From an uncultured virus (IMG/VR IMGVR_UViG_3300021425_003921) (Duplodnaviria > Heunggongvirae > Uroviricota > Caudoviricetes): 64,000 nucleotides of DNA. The DNA lies in the IMG/VR virus record IMGVR_UViG_3300021425_003921, one strand, 5' to 3'. The translations under genes were made by a program, and so were the position numbers. This document shows positions 18,820 through 28,088 of the stretch, piece after piece. How positions within the stretch are numbered: the first letter of the stretch is position 1; every line of letters begins with the position of its first letter. Under the pieces are notes generated by a model. It did no database searches and was not told where the DNA came from. It saw only the letters and a list, made by a program, of their open reading frames with translations.

Positions 18820-19659
18820 TCAAACTCTCCTTAGTAATAGTTCTTCTCCGCCAGACATAGGAATGGCTCTAACCATAGTATCAGAAATTCGGAGAAGGTT
18901 ATAAGATTGTCGCCATCCATCCAAAGATTTAGTAGAAGCACCATCGGTGTATCCTGAATTGACGGAAGGGTCTAAAGATAATTGTCCAAAGCGGCCATTA
19001 AGATCGCCATCAGTAGAGTTACGAGCCATATCGCCAAAACGATTGTCGCCATCAACTACTGAAGCAACTTCTTTAAAAGGAGCATTAACATAAGATACCA
19101 TATAAGGGAAATCTCGATTTACTTCAGGAGGTAATTTATTATATCCACTAACATTAGGTCCATAGCCCCAACTTCCAAATCCGGGAAGGGTTCCAACAGG
19201 AGTAATAGAATTAGTTTCTTTTAGTTTACCGTAAACTGCACCTTGGCCGGGGGCTTCGGCTGACATTTCTCGGGGAGCATATTCTTGAAGAGGGTGAGTA
19301 GTCCTATTCATGTCAGCAATAAGAGCGTCATCATCATAACCCATATCGTATCCATTTTCGTAAACCGCTTGATGGTCGATAACACCGGGTCCGAAAGGAA
19401 GGTCATTTGCTACCATGGTAGTGTGTTCTAAATCTAAATACTGATATCCCATAAAGGCTTCAGAAAGGGCTTGGGGAACAAAGTCTAAAGTAGTGCCCGA
19501 TCTTTCGATGTGCATTTCCTCGTAATCAGCAGGTGTTAATTCATCAGCGTTAAAAACTTGATTAAGCGGTCCCAAAGATAATTTTCCTCGGGAAACTGCC
19601 CATGCCAAGCCACCAACTACGGCTACGCCACTAAAAAAGTAATAAAGTGGAGACTTCAT
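18820..19659 (-). CDS. N-terminally anchored membrane protein
   Basis: TATA at 19682 places start at 19659 (MKSPLYYFFSGVAVVGGLAWAV) rather than 19713. Confidence 0.8.
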   Translation of the reverse strand: MKSPLYYFFSGVAVVGGLAWAVSRGKLSLGPLNQVFNADELTPADYEEMHIERSGTTLDFVPQALSEAFMGYQYLDLEHTTMVANDLPFGPGVIDHQAVYENGYDMGYDDDALIADMNRTTHPLQEYAPREMSAEAPGQGAVYGKLKETNSITPVGTLPGFGSWGYGPNVSGYNKLPPEVNRDFPYMVSYVNAPFKEVASVVDGDNRFGDMARNSTDGDLNGRFGQLSLDPSVNSGYTDGASTKSLDGWRQSYNLLRISDTMVRAIPMSGGEELLLRRV

Positions 19660-19703
19660 AGTAGCAAAGTTGGCATCCCTACTATATATATTTTGCCTTC
19701 TTA

Positions 19704-20639
19704 TTATCGCCATAGATAATCAGCAAATCTTTCAAATCCGTGAAAAGGATTAAAGGTAGTTACCACTCCACCGTATTGTAATTCCTTTAAATTATATTCT
19801 GATAATTCATTATCTCCTATTTTGTGTTGTTGCGTTTTGTTCCAAGTATAATCCCGAACTCGTTTTTCTTGAAACCGAAGTTCATACATAAGAGGGTCGG
19901 GAATTAATTGCGTGGGATATCCAATATCATTAAAACCATAAAAATCAGTCGTATCTAAGCCAATGGCTTCGGCTTCTAAGCGTTGCGTTTTTTCTTTATT
20001 AGCCCTCCAAGCCGCATCATGACGAACAAAAATTAAATTAGAAATAGATTCCCGAGTTTCGATTTCTTGTTTAGTAAGTGGGTCTACCCAAATAAGATCG
20101 GCTTCATAGGGAGTAACTCGTAAAATGTGAGCGGTGGCTAATTTACCAGCATTTTTTCCGGGTCGTGAAACTGAAACAATATCTCCCGGTTCCCAATCTT
20201 TTCTTTCAGAACCAATCTTACGATGTCCAAATGGTGTTTCTACTTCCGATAAACTTGGTTTGTTGGTTAGCAAACTTTTAGCAATTTGCTGTTCTTCAAA
20301 GCGTTGTTTAGCATCCCAAAAAGCACGAAGAGTTATGTTATCATGAATTTGTATTCCTTCAGAATTGTATAATTTTTGGTCTACTAAAAGTTGTTGATAC
20401 TCTTTAGGAATATCCTCATCGTGAATTTTAGGACCTTCAAATAATCCCAAAAACTTAGGGTGGGAAGATCCTCGTTTAGTGACAATAACTAAATCTTGAT
20501 ATTTTTCCGTAGAATTAGTTCCATCAGGCCAAGCCACTCGGGCTTTTTCTAATCCGGTGTATACTACGGTTCCTACTAAAAAATCATCTTCGATAGCATT
20601 AGATACTACTCGATCGCCAACACGAAAATTAGACAACAT
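19704..20639 (-). CDS. Protein with two SH3/Tudor/KOW-like beta domains
   Basis: FRVGDRVV...GTVV...ARVAW...DLVIV and WEPGDIVSV...HILRV...DLIWVD...NLIFV. Confidence 0.6.
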   Translation of the reverse strand: MLSNFRVGDRVVSNAIEDDFLVGTVVYTGLEKARVAWPDGTNSTEKYQDLVIVTKRGSSHPKFLGLFEGPKIHDEDIPKEYQQLLVDQKLYNSEGIQIHDNITLRAFWDAKQRFEEQQIAKSLLTNKPSLSEVETPFGHRKIGSERKDWEPGDIVSVSRPGKNAGKLATAHILRVTPYEADLIWVDPLTKQEIETRESISNLIFVRHDAAWRANKEKTQRLEAEAIGLDTTDFYGFNDIGYPTQLIPDPLMYELRFQEKRVRDYTWNKTQQHKIGDNELSEYNLKELQYGGVVTTFNPFHGFERFADYLWR

Positions 20640-20640
20640 A

Positions 20641-21048
20641 TTATCGCCTACCGATAAAATATCCTCCTACGGCAGCAACACCTACAAGCACTAAAAGACC
20701 CCAATATTCTTTTACCATGTTATTAATAGACATCAAACCCGTGGGGAAAGAAGGTTTTATATTTACAAATTTTTCTTCAGCATGGTGATGAACTTCAACA
20801 GGATTAACCGTAGTATCGACCACAGTTTCATCAACAGTAAGGGCTTCAACATAAGGCGAAGCCGCCATGTCAATTCCCAATTCTTGAAGGGTGTATTGAG
20901 TTTGAGGAACGGAATTTTTAAAGGCTTTGGAAGACATAATAATGCCTTCGGGAAGAACTAAGGCTTCTTCTTGACCAGCCAACGAATCAAATTTATTTTT
21001 GGCATTCGCATCTCGACGAACATAAGCGTCTACCATATGCTTAACCAT
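20641..21048 (-). CDS. Tail-anchored protein
   Basis: C-terminal TM YWGLLVLVGVAAVGGYFI+GRR; TATA at 21070. Confidence 0.8.
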   Translation of the reverse strand: MVKHMVDAYVRRDANAKNKFDSLAGQEEALVLPEGIIMSSKAFKNSVPQTQYTLQELGIDMAASPYVEALTVDETVVDTTVNPVEVHHHAEEKFVNIKPSFPTGLMSINNMVKEYWGLLVLVGVAAVGGYFIGRR

Positions 21049-21081
21049 ACAGAATCATTCTTCATTCTGCTATTTATAGTT

Positions 21082-21612
21082 TTACAACGGGCGACGACCC
21101 GTAGAAACTTGTTGCACTTGGTAATCAGCAGGGCGACCAGACCATCGAGGGTGATAAGCAGGACTCCAAGGGCGAGGGAAACGATATTCGGGAAGAGTAT
21201 CATTCCAATTATCCCAAACAGCACCGTAAGCCGGGCGAAGATCGCCATTATAATCCATCATATAAGTATCATGATATAGTCCGGACGGGGTTTGATAACT
21301 TCGAGGGTTGGGAGGAACTGCAAAAGCAGGAGAACCCACAGGAACATTGTAATTATAAGCCCCAATTCGGGAACCAAAAACACGGCCATGGGCTGATTCA
21401 GCACCCATAATATCTTGAGCACCGTGAACTTCGGTGGGGTTGAGATGATTTACTGAGGAACCACCACCCGACAAATTTTCTTGGTCTTCAGCATTTTTAG
21501 TAGAACCACAATCACAATTTTCGCAATCATCAGAACATTGACAACTGCCATCATCGCAACAAGGGCAACCTTCTTTTAATCCTAAGAAAATTAAAATTTT
21601 ATCCAAAATCAT
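21082..21612 (-). CDS. Hypothetical protein with N-terminal Cys cluster
   Basis: CPCCDDGSCQCSDDCENCDC followed by KNAE; ATGA overlap with upstream gene. Confidence 0.75.
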   Translation of the reverse strand: MILDKILIFLGLKEGCPCCDDGSCQCSDDCENCDCGSTKNAEDQENLSGGGSSVNHLNPTEVHGAQDIMGAESAHGRVFGSRIGAYNYNVPVGSPAFAVPPNPRSYQTPSGLYHDTYMMDYNGDLRPAYGAVWDNWNDTLPEYRFPRPWSPAYHPRWSGRPADYQVQQVSTGRRPL

Positions 21613-21866
21613 AGGGTAACCCCCGAATCATAATCATTTTGAATCGGAGTTCCAGTAATCATTTTAATAACATCCATGTTGGTGACATCAGGAAGTCCAC
21701 CGTATTTCATTTCTGCGGTGATAATAGATCGGTGTCGTTCAGTCATGTTATCAACAGCAACATCACGGAAAGGAATTTCCATGTTTTCAGTAGCAAAAGA
21801 GCGTTGTGATAGCACGGCGGCTACGCCTAAAATACCAAGTCCTAAGAAAAGATTCTTACTTAGCAT
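21609..21866 (-). CDS. Small N-terminally anchored protein
   Basis: GGAGGT SD; N-terminal TM. Confidence 0.75.
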   Translation of the reverse strand: MLSKNLFLGLGILGVAAVLSQRSFATENMEIPFRDVAVDNMTERHRSIITAEMKYGGLPDVTNMDVIKMITGTPIQNDYDSGVTL

Positions 21867-21882
21867 TTTAAGACCTCCAATT

Positions 21883-22389
21883 TCAGAGGTCGTAATCCTC
21901 GGCTTCCATACCTACAAATTCCTTGAGGCGGCCTTCCCAATCTTGGGAAGGAACACGGACTTCACCAGTTACCTTAAGATCGGTTTTACCAGCAATACCG
22001 AGTTTGCGAGCAAGAGGAGTATCAGGAACAGGCTTTCCAGGCTTTCCGTAACCACGGTCAGTAAACCATGATAGACCACGGGAAGCGTTAGCCTTAGTCA
22101 TACCACCAGATTTGGTCCATGAACCTACACGGTCACCATCTTTGTAAAGTTGGGAACGGCCATGTCCGCCTGTGCGTCCTTCAGAAATTCGTCGAGGGCC
22201 TGAAGCGGTGTTGGAAACTTGGTAACGACCCTTGGAAGAAGCCTTCTTTTGCTTCCATCCGTCTTGCTTGTATCGCTTGACACCTTCTTTGACACCGTAT
22301 TTAGATACATATCGTTGAACGACAGTTAGCATTCCGGCTTTCTTAGTTGATTTCTTAGCACCTTGTAGGCTTCGTGAACTTTTGGTCAT
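21883..22389 (-). CDS. Highly basic protein (candidate nucleic-acid-binding core protein)
   Basis: K/R/G-rich 168 aa ending MEAEDYDL; TATA at 22411. Confidence 0.75.
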   Translation of the reverse strand: MTKSSRSLQGAKKSTKKAGMLTVVQRYVSKYGVKEGVKRYKQDGWKQKKASSKGRYQVSNTASGPRRISEGRTGGHGRSQLYKDGDRVGSWTKSGGMTKANASRGLSWFTDRGYGKPGKPVPDTPLARKLGIAGKTDLKVTGEVRVPSQDWEGRLKEFVGMEAEDYDL

Positions 22390-22424
22390 ATTATCACCTT
22401 TGCATTTCGACTATATATATTTAT

Positions 22425-22772
22425 CTATTGTTGTTCTGGTAAATCAGAATCATCTTGTTCTTCTTCGGTAGGATTTAGAGTTTCGCAAACGGTGGTAAAT
22501 TCCATTTCGTGAATGGGGTCTTCTCGATCTGAAGTAATAGTTCCGTAACCAAATCCAGTAACTAAACCTAATCCTACGGGTGCCAAAGCCCATAATTTAT
22601 TGATAGGCATAAAAGCAGAAGAAATAAGAACTAAGGAAGCAGGGATAATTCCACCTACTACACCGTAGGCTAAAGAACGATTAAGGTAAACTGAATGACG
22701 GTCAGAAATATAGGCAGCCATACCACGCTCACAAATACGGCGGGCTTCGGCTTCTGTCCGACGAGAAATCAT
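22425..22772 (-). CDS. Two-TM membrane protein
   Basis: Two hydrophobic helices; TATA at 22794. Confidence 0.8.
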   Translation of the reverse strand: MISRRTEAEARRICERGMAAYISDRHSVYLNRSLAYGVVGGIIPASLVLISSAFMPINKLWALAPVGLGLVTGFGYGTITSDREDPIHEMEFTTVCETLNPTEEEQDDSDLPEQQ

Positions 22773-22811
22773 AGAGTTACCTCAGAGTAACGACTATTTA
22801 TACTTTTCGTA

Positions 22812-23102
22812 TCAATGACCCCAAGCCTTAGCACCTTCGTGCATTTCAGCAGAAAGGGATACGAATTGGTTAGGAGTCATAAAGTCGCTACGGCCTGAAA
22901 GAACAAGAGCACCTGAAGCGACGGCTACAACGCCGAGAACTGCAAGAGGAGTAACAGTCATGTTGATTACTGGGATAGTAAACTTCATGGATCCAAATTC
23001 AGACTTGTTAAAGAATGGTAGTAGGTTAAATTGATGAAGGCCGATAAGGACCATAGTTCCACCAATTACGAGCGGGCTGGTTAAAGTTTGGGTAATCGTC
23101 AT
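22812..23102 (-). CDS. Two-TM hairpin membrane protein
   Basis: Similar to 10951-11277 (FTIPVIN vs YTVPVIN); GGAAGTGA SD. Confidence 0.8.
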   Translation of the reverse strand: MTITQTLTSPLVIGGTMVLIGLHQFNLLPFFNKSEFGSMKFTIPVINMTVTPLAVLGVVAVASGALVLSGRSDFMTPNQFVSLSAEMHEGAKAWGH

Positions 23103-23118
23103 AATTTCACTTCCTAAT

Positions 23119-23382
23119 TTACTCCGTATCTTCTACCTCCGAGGTATCAGATGGGAGACAGCAAGCACCGAAAGCACAAAGACCGCAAACGGTGAGGGTA
23201 AGTCCGACTAATTGTTGAGCACCAATGGTGCGTCCCATAATAGTCGTGGAAAAGGCTGGTAGGAGACCAAGAACCTTTTGAGGTGGTGTAAGTAGAAGAT
23301 GTAGACCACCAACAGTAGCCACAAGACTACAAATTAAAGATCCTTTTGAGGTTTCGGTCCAATCACACATTTTTGCTAACAT
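23119..23382 (-). CDS. Two-TM membrane protein
   Basis: 87 aa hydrophobic, Cys-containing; TGATG coupling to upstream gene. Confidence 0.75.
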   Translation of the reverse strand: MLAKMCDWTETSKGSLICSLVATVGGLHLLLTPPQKVLGLLPAFSTTIMGRTIGAQQLVGLTLTVCGLCAFGACCLPSDTSEVEDTE

Positions 23383-23729
23383 CAGTAAACACCTTCCGCT
23401 TCTTCTTCATCGTAATAATCATCATAATCGCCACCGTGAACTAAATCAGTATAAAGTTCACCGAGGTCTTCAGTAACCAACTGATAACCTTCTTCTAAAT
23501 CGATGTAATTAATTCCGTTGTTAAGGGTTCTTTCGCTAAGAATGTAAGTTCCCAAGAGGAAAGGAACGCCGATAATTGGCAGAGTATTCCATTCACGACC
23601 CCTAAGGGCTTCGTAAATAGGCTTTACGCTGAAAGCGACAATGCCAACAGCAGTAGCATCAGCAAGCAAACGGACAATGTTTCCTGTTGTCAGGTTTAGT
23701 CGGTCAAATATTTCACTCATTGTTTTCAT
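23382..23729 (-). CDS. Two-TM membrane protein
   Basis: 115 aa; GGAGATGA SD suggests the start may be 23720. Confidence 0.75.
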   Translation of the reverse strand: MKTMSEIFDRLNLTTGNIVRLLADATAVGIVAFSVKPIYEALRGREWNTLPIIGVPFLLGTYILSERTLNNGINYIDLEEGYQLVTEDLGELYTDLVHGGDYDDYYDEEEAEGVY

Positions 23730-23735
23730 CTCCTA

Positions 23736-24584
23736 TCAAAATGGGGTTCTTAGGTGGGCGTCAGCACCAAACATTCTTCCGTTTCCTGTTCCAAAGGAGG
23801 TGCTAAGACCCTTCATGTCAGAATTTCGGACAGGTGGGGCTACACGCTCGGCTTCCATACGGATTTTCTTAGCAGGGGCAAGATTCTTGGCCCATGAGTT
23901 TGAAATCATTGGTTGGGTAGAAGCAGGAATAACAGGTCGTTCTCGGATTGGAATTCGTTGTTCAGTTCGTGGAACATTGACTTGTGGGGCACCACTACTT
24001 AGTAGACGAGGGTTGGTAGGTCGAATAGCGTTGCGGTCTACTTCGAAAGCAGGAGAACCACCGAAAACTTCGGTAGGTTGGTGAGCATCAAAAGAAGGCA
24101 TCATGGTTTCTGGCTTAACACGGCTAAGTCCTGAGACATCAGGTGTGTGGTCCATATCGCCATAGATTTCTTGCATATGTGAAGGTCGTAGATATTGTCC
24201 TTCAGGAGTAAGTCTTTGACCCATCAAACCATAAGCATTAACATCGAAATCAGAGTTTCGGCCTGATTGAATAGCAGAAAGATCTAATTTAGGCATTCCA
24301 ATCTTGGTAGGGGCAGGGCGAGGAGCGTTAGGAACAACACCTTGTCCGAAACCACCGCCCATAAGAATTTCTTCAAGAGAAAGTCCTTCACCTTCAGGAA
24401 CTGCAAAGTTAGGGGTGTTGATAATTGGTGCTGCTGGGCGAGGTGCTGCAACAGTCAAAGATTGTCCCATAGCGTTGCGAGCCGACAAAGTATCACGAGT
24501 TAGAGAAACTTGTGGTAGGGTCGGCAAATTAGGTTGGTAAGGTCCGTCAGGCAATACTGTGGATTTTCCGATAACTCGTGCCAT
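23736..24584 (-). CDS. Pro-rich, probably disordered protein
   Basis: 282 aa; TATA at 24606. Confidence 0.8.
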   Translation of the reverse strand: MARVIGKSTVLPDGPYQPNLPTLPQVSLTRDTLSARNAMGQSLTVAAPRPAAPIINTPNFAVPEGEGLSLEEILMGGGFGQGVVPNAPRPAPTKIGMPKLDLSAIQSGRNSDFDVNAYGLMGQRLTPEGQYLRPSHMQEIYGDMDHTPDVSGLSRVKPETMMPSFDAHQPTEVFGGSPAFEVDRNAIRPTNPRLLSSGAPQVNVPRTEQRIPIRERPVIPASTQPMISNSWAKNLAPAKKIRMEAERVAPPVRNSDMKGLSTSFGTGNGRMFGADAHLRTPF

Positions 24585-24621
24585 AATAATTACTCCTTGC
24601 TTCTACTATTTATACTTTTAC

Positions 24622-24975
24622 TCAATATCGGTTTAGAATTAGGCTGACGACGGAGTAGGCTCCGATGCCAACTAAAGCCATAACACCCAACTTTTTGAAA
24701 TCCATACCAAAGTTCATACCTTCAGCAGCCTTGGTTTCGAGATCTGATTCAGATTCGCCTTGACCATCATCTTGTTGAACGGATTCTTCATCTTCTTTTA
24801 CAACATTGGCTTCAGTCATAGTATCTTCTTTAGCAACCATGCCCAAAGTAGAATCGGTCATAGCAGAGGCGTTGTTTAGGTTATAGGAGTGCAGGGCACC
24901 CGCTTCAGTTTCCCACGGGAAGCAAGAAACTCCGGTGTTTGTATCTTGAATTACAGGCACATCGTTTAGTAGCAT
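24622..24975 (-). CDS. Tail-anchored protein
   Basis: Acidic region ending KAAE; C-terminal TM LGVMALVGIGAYSVVSLIL+NRY; TATA at 24997. Confidence 0.8.
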   Translation of the reverse strand: MLLNDVPVIQDTNTGVSCFPWETEAGALHSYNLNNASAMTDSTLGMVAKEDTMTEANVVKEDEESVQQDDGQGESESDLETKAAEGMNFGMDFKKLGVMALVGIGAYSVVSLILNRY

Positions 24976-25013
24976 GAAGATAAATAATCATCACGACTAT
25001 TTATAGTTTACTA

Positions 25014-25802
25014 CTATTTATTGATTGAATAATCAGGATAATAAGTAGTGGGCAAACGGTCTAAAAGCCCTAAAGAGTCTAAAAACCCGGTAACAGGATA
25101 GTTAATAGTAATTCCAAGAATTTTATTATCATCCCAAAGTGGATAAGGATTAAGATAATTGACTGGAAGATAAAAATCTCCGGGTTTATTTTGTAGATCA
25201 GCAAGGTTTTTGTGATGATGATTATCATATTCTCGTTCATTGTAAGTTACATTATCTGCTGAAACGATAAATCCGGCTCCTAACTTGGGTTTAGATTTTC
25301 CTTTAAACTTATAATTGCGATTGGTAAAACCGGGGGTTCCGACAACAAACTTAGGATCGTAATCAGAAAAATTTTTTAAATCAGGAACAATAAAATTGGC
25401 AGTAGTTTGCCAACGAACTGAAATAGCATAAGTTTGTTCTTCGGCAGCAAAAAGTAATTGTTGCGAGGAGCCTTCAGGTTTGAGAGGTTTTACCGATTCT
25501 GAAGATTTGGTAAGAGGAATCCACCTTTTAGGAGTAGTTTTAGTAGACCATGCTACGGGACCCCATAACAACGCATCATAAACTGCAATTTGCATTCCGT
25601 TGCGAGAATTAATCATTAAAGAGCGAGGCTGTCCGTCTTTTTTAGTAGTTTTTCGAGCATAAAAATAAAGAGGATATTCGGCAAACAATTCTAATTTGGT
25701 GGTAGAATAAAGAGCCAACCATTCTTCATCAGATAATTCATTAAAATCTTCAAAAGGTATTTTTAGATCTGAGGGTATAATATAAGCCTCACCGACATTC
25801 AT
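25014..25802 (-). CDS. Hypothetical two-domain protein
   Basis: 262 aa, FAAE near midpoint; TATA at 25825 with inverted repeat. Confidence 0.8.
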   Translation of the reverse strand: MNVGEAYIIPSDLKIPFEDFNELSDEEWLALYSTTKLELFAEYPLYFYARKTTKKDGQPRSLMINSRNGMQIAVYDALLWGPVAWSTKTTPKRWIPLTKSSESVKPLKPEGSSQQLLFAAEEQTYAISVRWQTTANFIVPDLKNFSDYDPKFVVGTPGFTNRNYKFKGKSKPKLGAGFIVSADNVTYNEREYDNHHHKNLADLQNKPGDFYLPVNYLNPYPLWDDNKILGITINYPVTGFLDSLGLLDRLPTTYYPDYSINK

Positions 25803-25821
25803 ATCGAAATTATGTTTCGAT
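25803..25821. promoter_or_regulatory. Inverted repeat (candidate operator), same family as 14598-14616
   Basis: atcgaaa-ttatg-tttcgat followed by cacctatttata, as at 14617-14628. Confidence 0.7.
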
Positions 25822-25842
25822 CACCTATTTATACATTTACAA

Positions 25843-27000
25843 TTAGGCAGAATTGAGTCCTCGATACACCAAAAAGCCTAAAGTTCCAGTTAATACCACG
25901 CCTCCGACGACGGCGGCGACAACTAATCCGGAAGCAGAATCTGTGGATTCTTCTTCTTCCGCTTCTAAATCATATTCAAATTCGGGTTCTTCAGGAATTT
26001 CAGACCATCCCACAGAAGGCTCGGGTTTGACAGAAACGGGTAAAGAGGCCATAACTTCGGCTTTGGCAGTAGAAAAAGTAGGTTTGGAAACCGGGGGTTT
26101 GTTGATTTCTAAAGGACGGTCTAAAGAAGATAAAGAACGGTGGTCATCAACTTCTTCTTGAGAAAATCGTTCCCGAGCATCTTTGACTTCAATGTTATGA
26201 CCTTTGTGTTCAGTTTTTCGGTCACCACGGATTTTTCCGACAACCACATATCCTCGATCTCGATAAAACTCGGGGGCATAAGCAATAACTTCTCCTTTTT
26301 TGGCTTTGGCAATTCCATCTAACATTCGCTTAATGGTTTTTTTATCGGTTCCGAATGATAATTGGTCGTCAAGGGCTTTGAGATCCCGAGCGTTAATAAC
26401 ATTGTGAACCAAATAAATCGAGGCTTGGGATAAGGCTTCTTTACCGACACCGGCAGGTCGTTGAGAGATTAGAGTGGCTCCATAACCGAGAGCCCGACCT
26501 AATTTACAAAGTCTAACGATAGCATCAGCCGAATTAGGTTTACCCATTTGAGGAATAAAGTCTTGACATTCTTCAAACACCGTCATAATTCCTTTCCCCA
26601 AGGTGCCTTCGAGAAGAGCCTCACAATACTCGGTAATCATTTCTTGTTGTTTGGCTAACGGCATACCGGCCATAGAAATAATAACTGATTTAGGAGTATT
26701 TCGTAGAGTTTCTACTAATTCTTTCATATTAATAGTTTCGGCAGGTCCGGGACGAAGGGGAACTACATTAGTTAATTGGTCACCAATATGTCCGTGAGCG
26801 TCAAGAGCATCGAAACACACAAATTGAAGTCCTAAGCGATGATACTCTTCCATAATTACGGCAGCAGTCCAAGATTTCCCAGAGCCACGCTTTCCGGTGA
26901 CGAAAAGCACCTGTGAAATAATAGAATCGCTGCCATAGGCAGGAAAGTGAATGTCTTTACCCAAAACCACACGGTCAGGTAAATCAATTACTTCAGACAT
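25843..27000 (-). CDS. HerA/FtsK-superfamily ATPase with C-terminal membrane anchor (candidate genome-packaging ATPase)
   Basis: Walker A TGKRGSGKS, Walker B MTVFEECQ, arginine finger KLGRALG, motif LISQRP; C-terminal TM VVAAVVGGVVLTGTLGFLVY. Confidence 0.85.
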   Translation of the reverse strand: MSEVIDLPDRVVLGKDIHFPAYGSDSIISQVLFVTGKRGSGKSWTAAVIMEEYHRLGLQFVCFDALDAHGHIGDQLTNVVPLRPGPAETINMKELVETLRNTPKSVIISMAGMPLAKQQEMITEYCEALLEGTLGKGIMTVFEECQDFIPQMGKPNSADAIVRLCKLGRALGYGATLISQRPAGVGKEALSQASIYLVHNVINARDLKALDDQLSFGTDKKTIKRMLDGIAKAKKGEVIAYAPEFYRDRGYVVVGKIRGDRKTEHKGHNIEVKDARERFSQEEVDDHRSLSSLDRPLEINKPPVSKPTFSTAKAEVMASLPVSVKPEPSVGWSEIPEEPEFEYDLEAEEEESTDSASGLVVAAVVGGVVLTGTLGFLVYRGLNSA

Positions 27001-27039
27001 AGTTATCGTTGAGCGTTTCTACTATATGTAATTTTCTGA

Positions 27040-28077
27040 TTAATCATGTTCTGCCAATTCAATCATCAATTGGGCCATATCACGAGCAGCATTGGGATTA
27101 GCAGGATCTAAGGGGAAGAAATGGGCTGATTTTGGTTTTTGTGGTTTACCATAATGGGTGTCAATTAGTTGATTCAATTGTTCGGCAGTTTTTATACAAG
27201 TCGGAGCAGAACCTAAGTTATCAATTCCGAAATAATAAACGGAAGAATCGCCACGACGAAGAAGAGTATCACGAGGAATTCCGGTAACTGGGTCGGGAGA
27301 AAAGAATCCTGAAAACATGGCGGAAGCACCGCTACTACCATAATCAGCAAAAGCATCGGTGACAACAAAGGAAACTACGGATTCCATACCCGCACTTCGG
27401 ATTTTTTCGACTAAAGATTCCGTAGCAAAACTAAAAGTAGTTCCATCGGTGCAAGGAATGGGTGGATAAGGACAGTTGCCTCCGGATTCATATTGTCGGA
27501 AGTATTCTAAGGCTTCATCATAATTAGTCGATAAAGGCATAGTCCATGAATCTGTGCTTCCGGGCGGGTTTTGAGGCCACTCGGTATAAATTCCCGAACC
27601 CCAAGATAAGACGGCAAAGTGATCGCCTTGATTTTGGGCTAATCTAATAAGAGCACACACAATTCCACGGGCCACTTCGATACGACTAAGACTTCTTCCT
27701 TTGACTGGGAAAGCATCAGCCCCCATAGAACCTGAACGGTCGATAGTAATTATAATAGCAGTATTTTTTCCTTCGGTGCCTTTAGGAATGGGTTGGTCTA
27801 CTAACATAGCAGGTCCTGTTCCGGGGAATGGGAAAGGCACTAAAGTTGATTTAATGGCTGGTTTGGTTCCTTGACTAATATCCCAATCAGTTGTGCGAAT
27901 AGGAACTTCGGGATATCTTTGAGCCTTAGGAGAATCAACATAAGGTGGGGCAATTTCTTCAATAAAATAATCTAAAGGATTAACAAAATCATTATCATCA
28001 TCTTCAAAGTCTATATCAAATTCATTACCGGTAAAGTTACAAGGTCCGCCAGAAGCACTACTACTAATTCCACTCAT
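27040..28077 (-). CDS. von Willebrand factor A (vWA) domain protein
   Basis: MIDAS IIITIDRSGSM, DGTTF, FVVTDA, YYFGI. Confidence 0.85.
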   Translation of the reverse strand: MSGISSSASGGPCNFTGNEFDIDFEDDDNDFVNPLDYFIEEIAPPYVDSPKAQRYPEVPIRTTDWDISQGTKPAIKSTLVPFPFPGTGPAMLVDQPIPKGTEGKNTAIIITIDRSGSMGADAFPVKGRSLSRIEVARGIVCALIRLAQNQGDHFAVLSWGSGIYTEWPQNPPGSTDSWTMPLSTNYDEALEYFRQYESGGNCPYPPIPCTDGTTFSFATESLVEKIRSAGMESVVSFVVTDAFADYGSSGASAMFSGFFSPDPVTGIPRDTLLRRGDSSVYYFGIDNLGSAPTCIKTAEQLNQLIDTHYGKPQKPKSAHFFPLDPANPNAARDMAQLMIELAEHD

Positions 28078-28088
28078 TGTTATCCATC

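Noticed and set aside
19660..19713. Longer N-termini from the ORF track (also at 41301, 58493, 59679, 57212)
   Set aside because: TATA spacing or SD position supports downstream ATGs.
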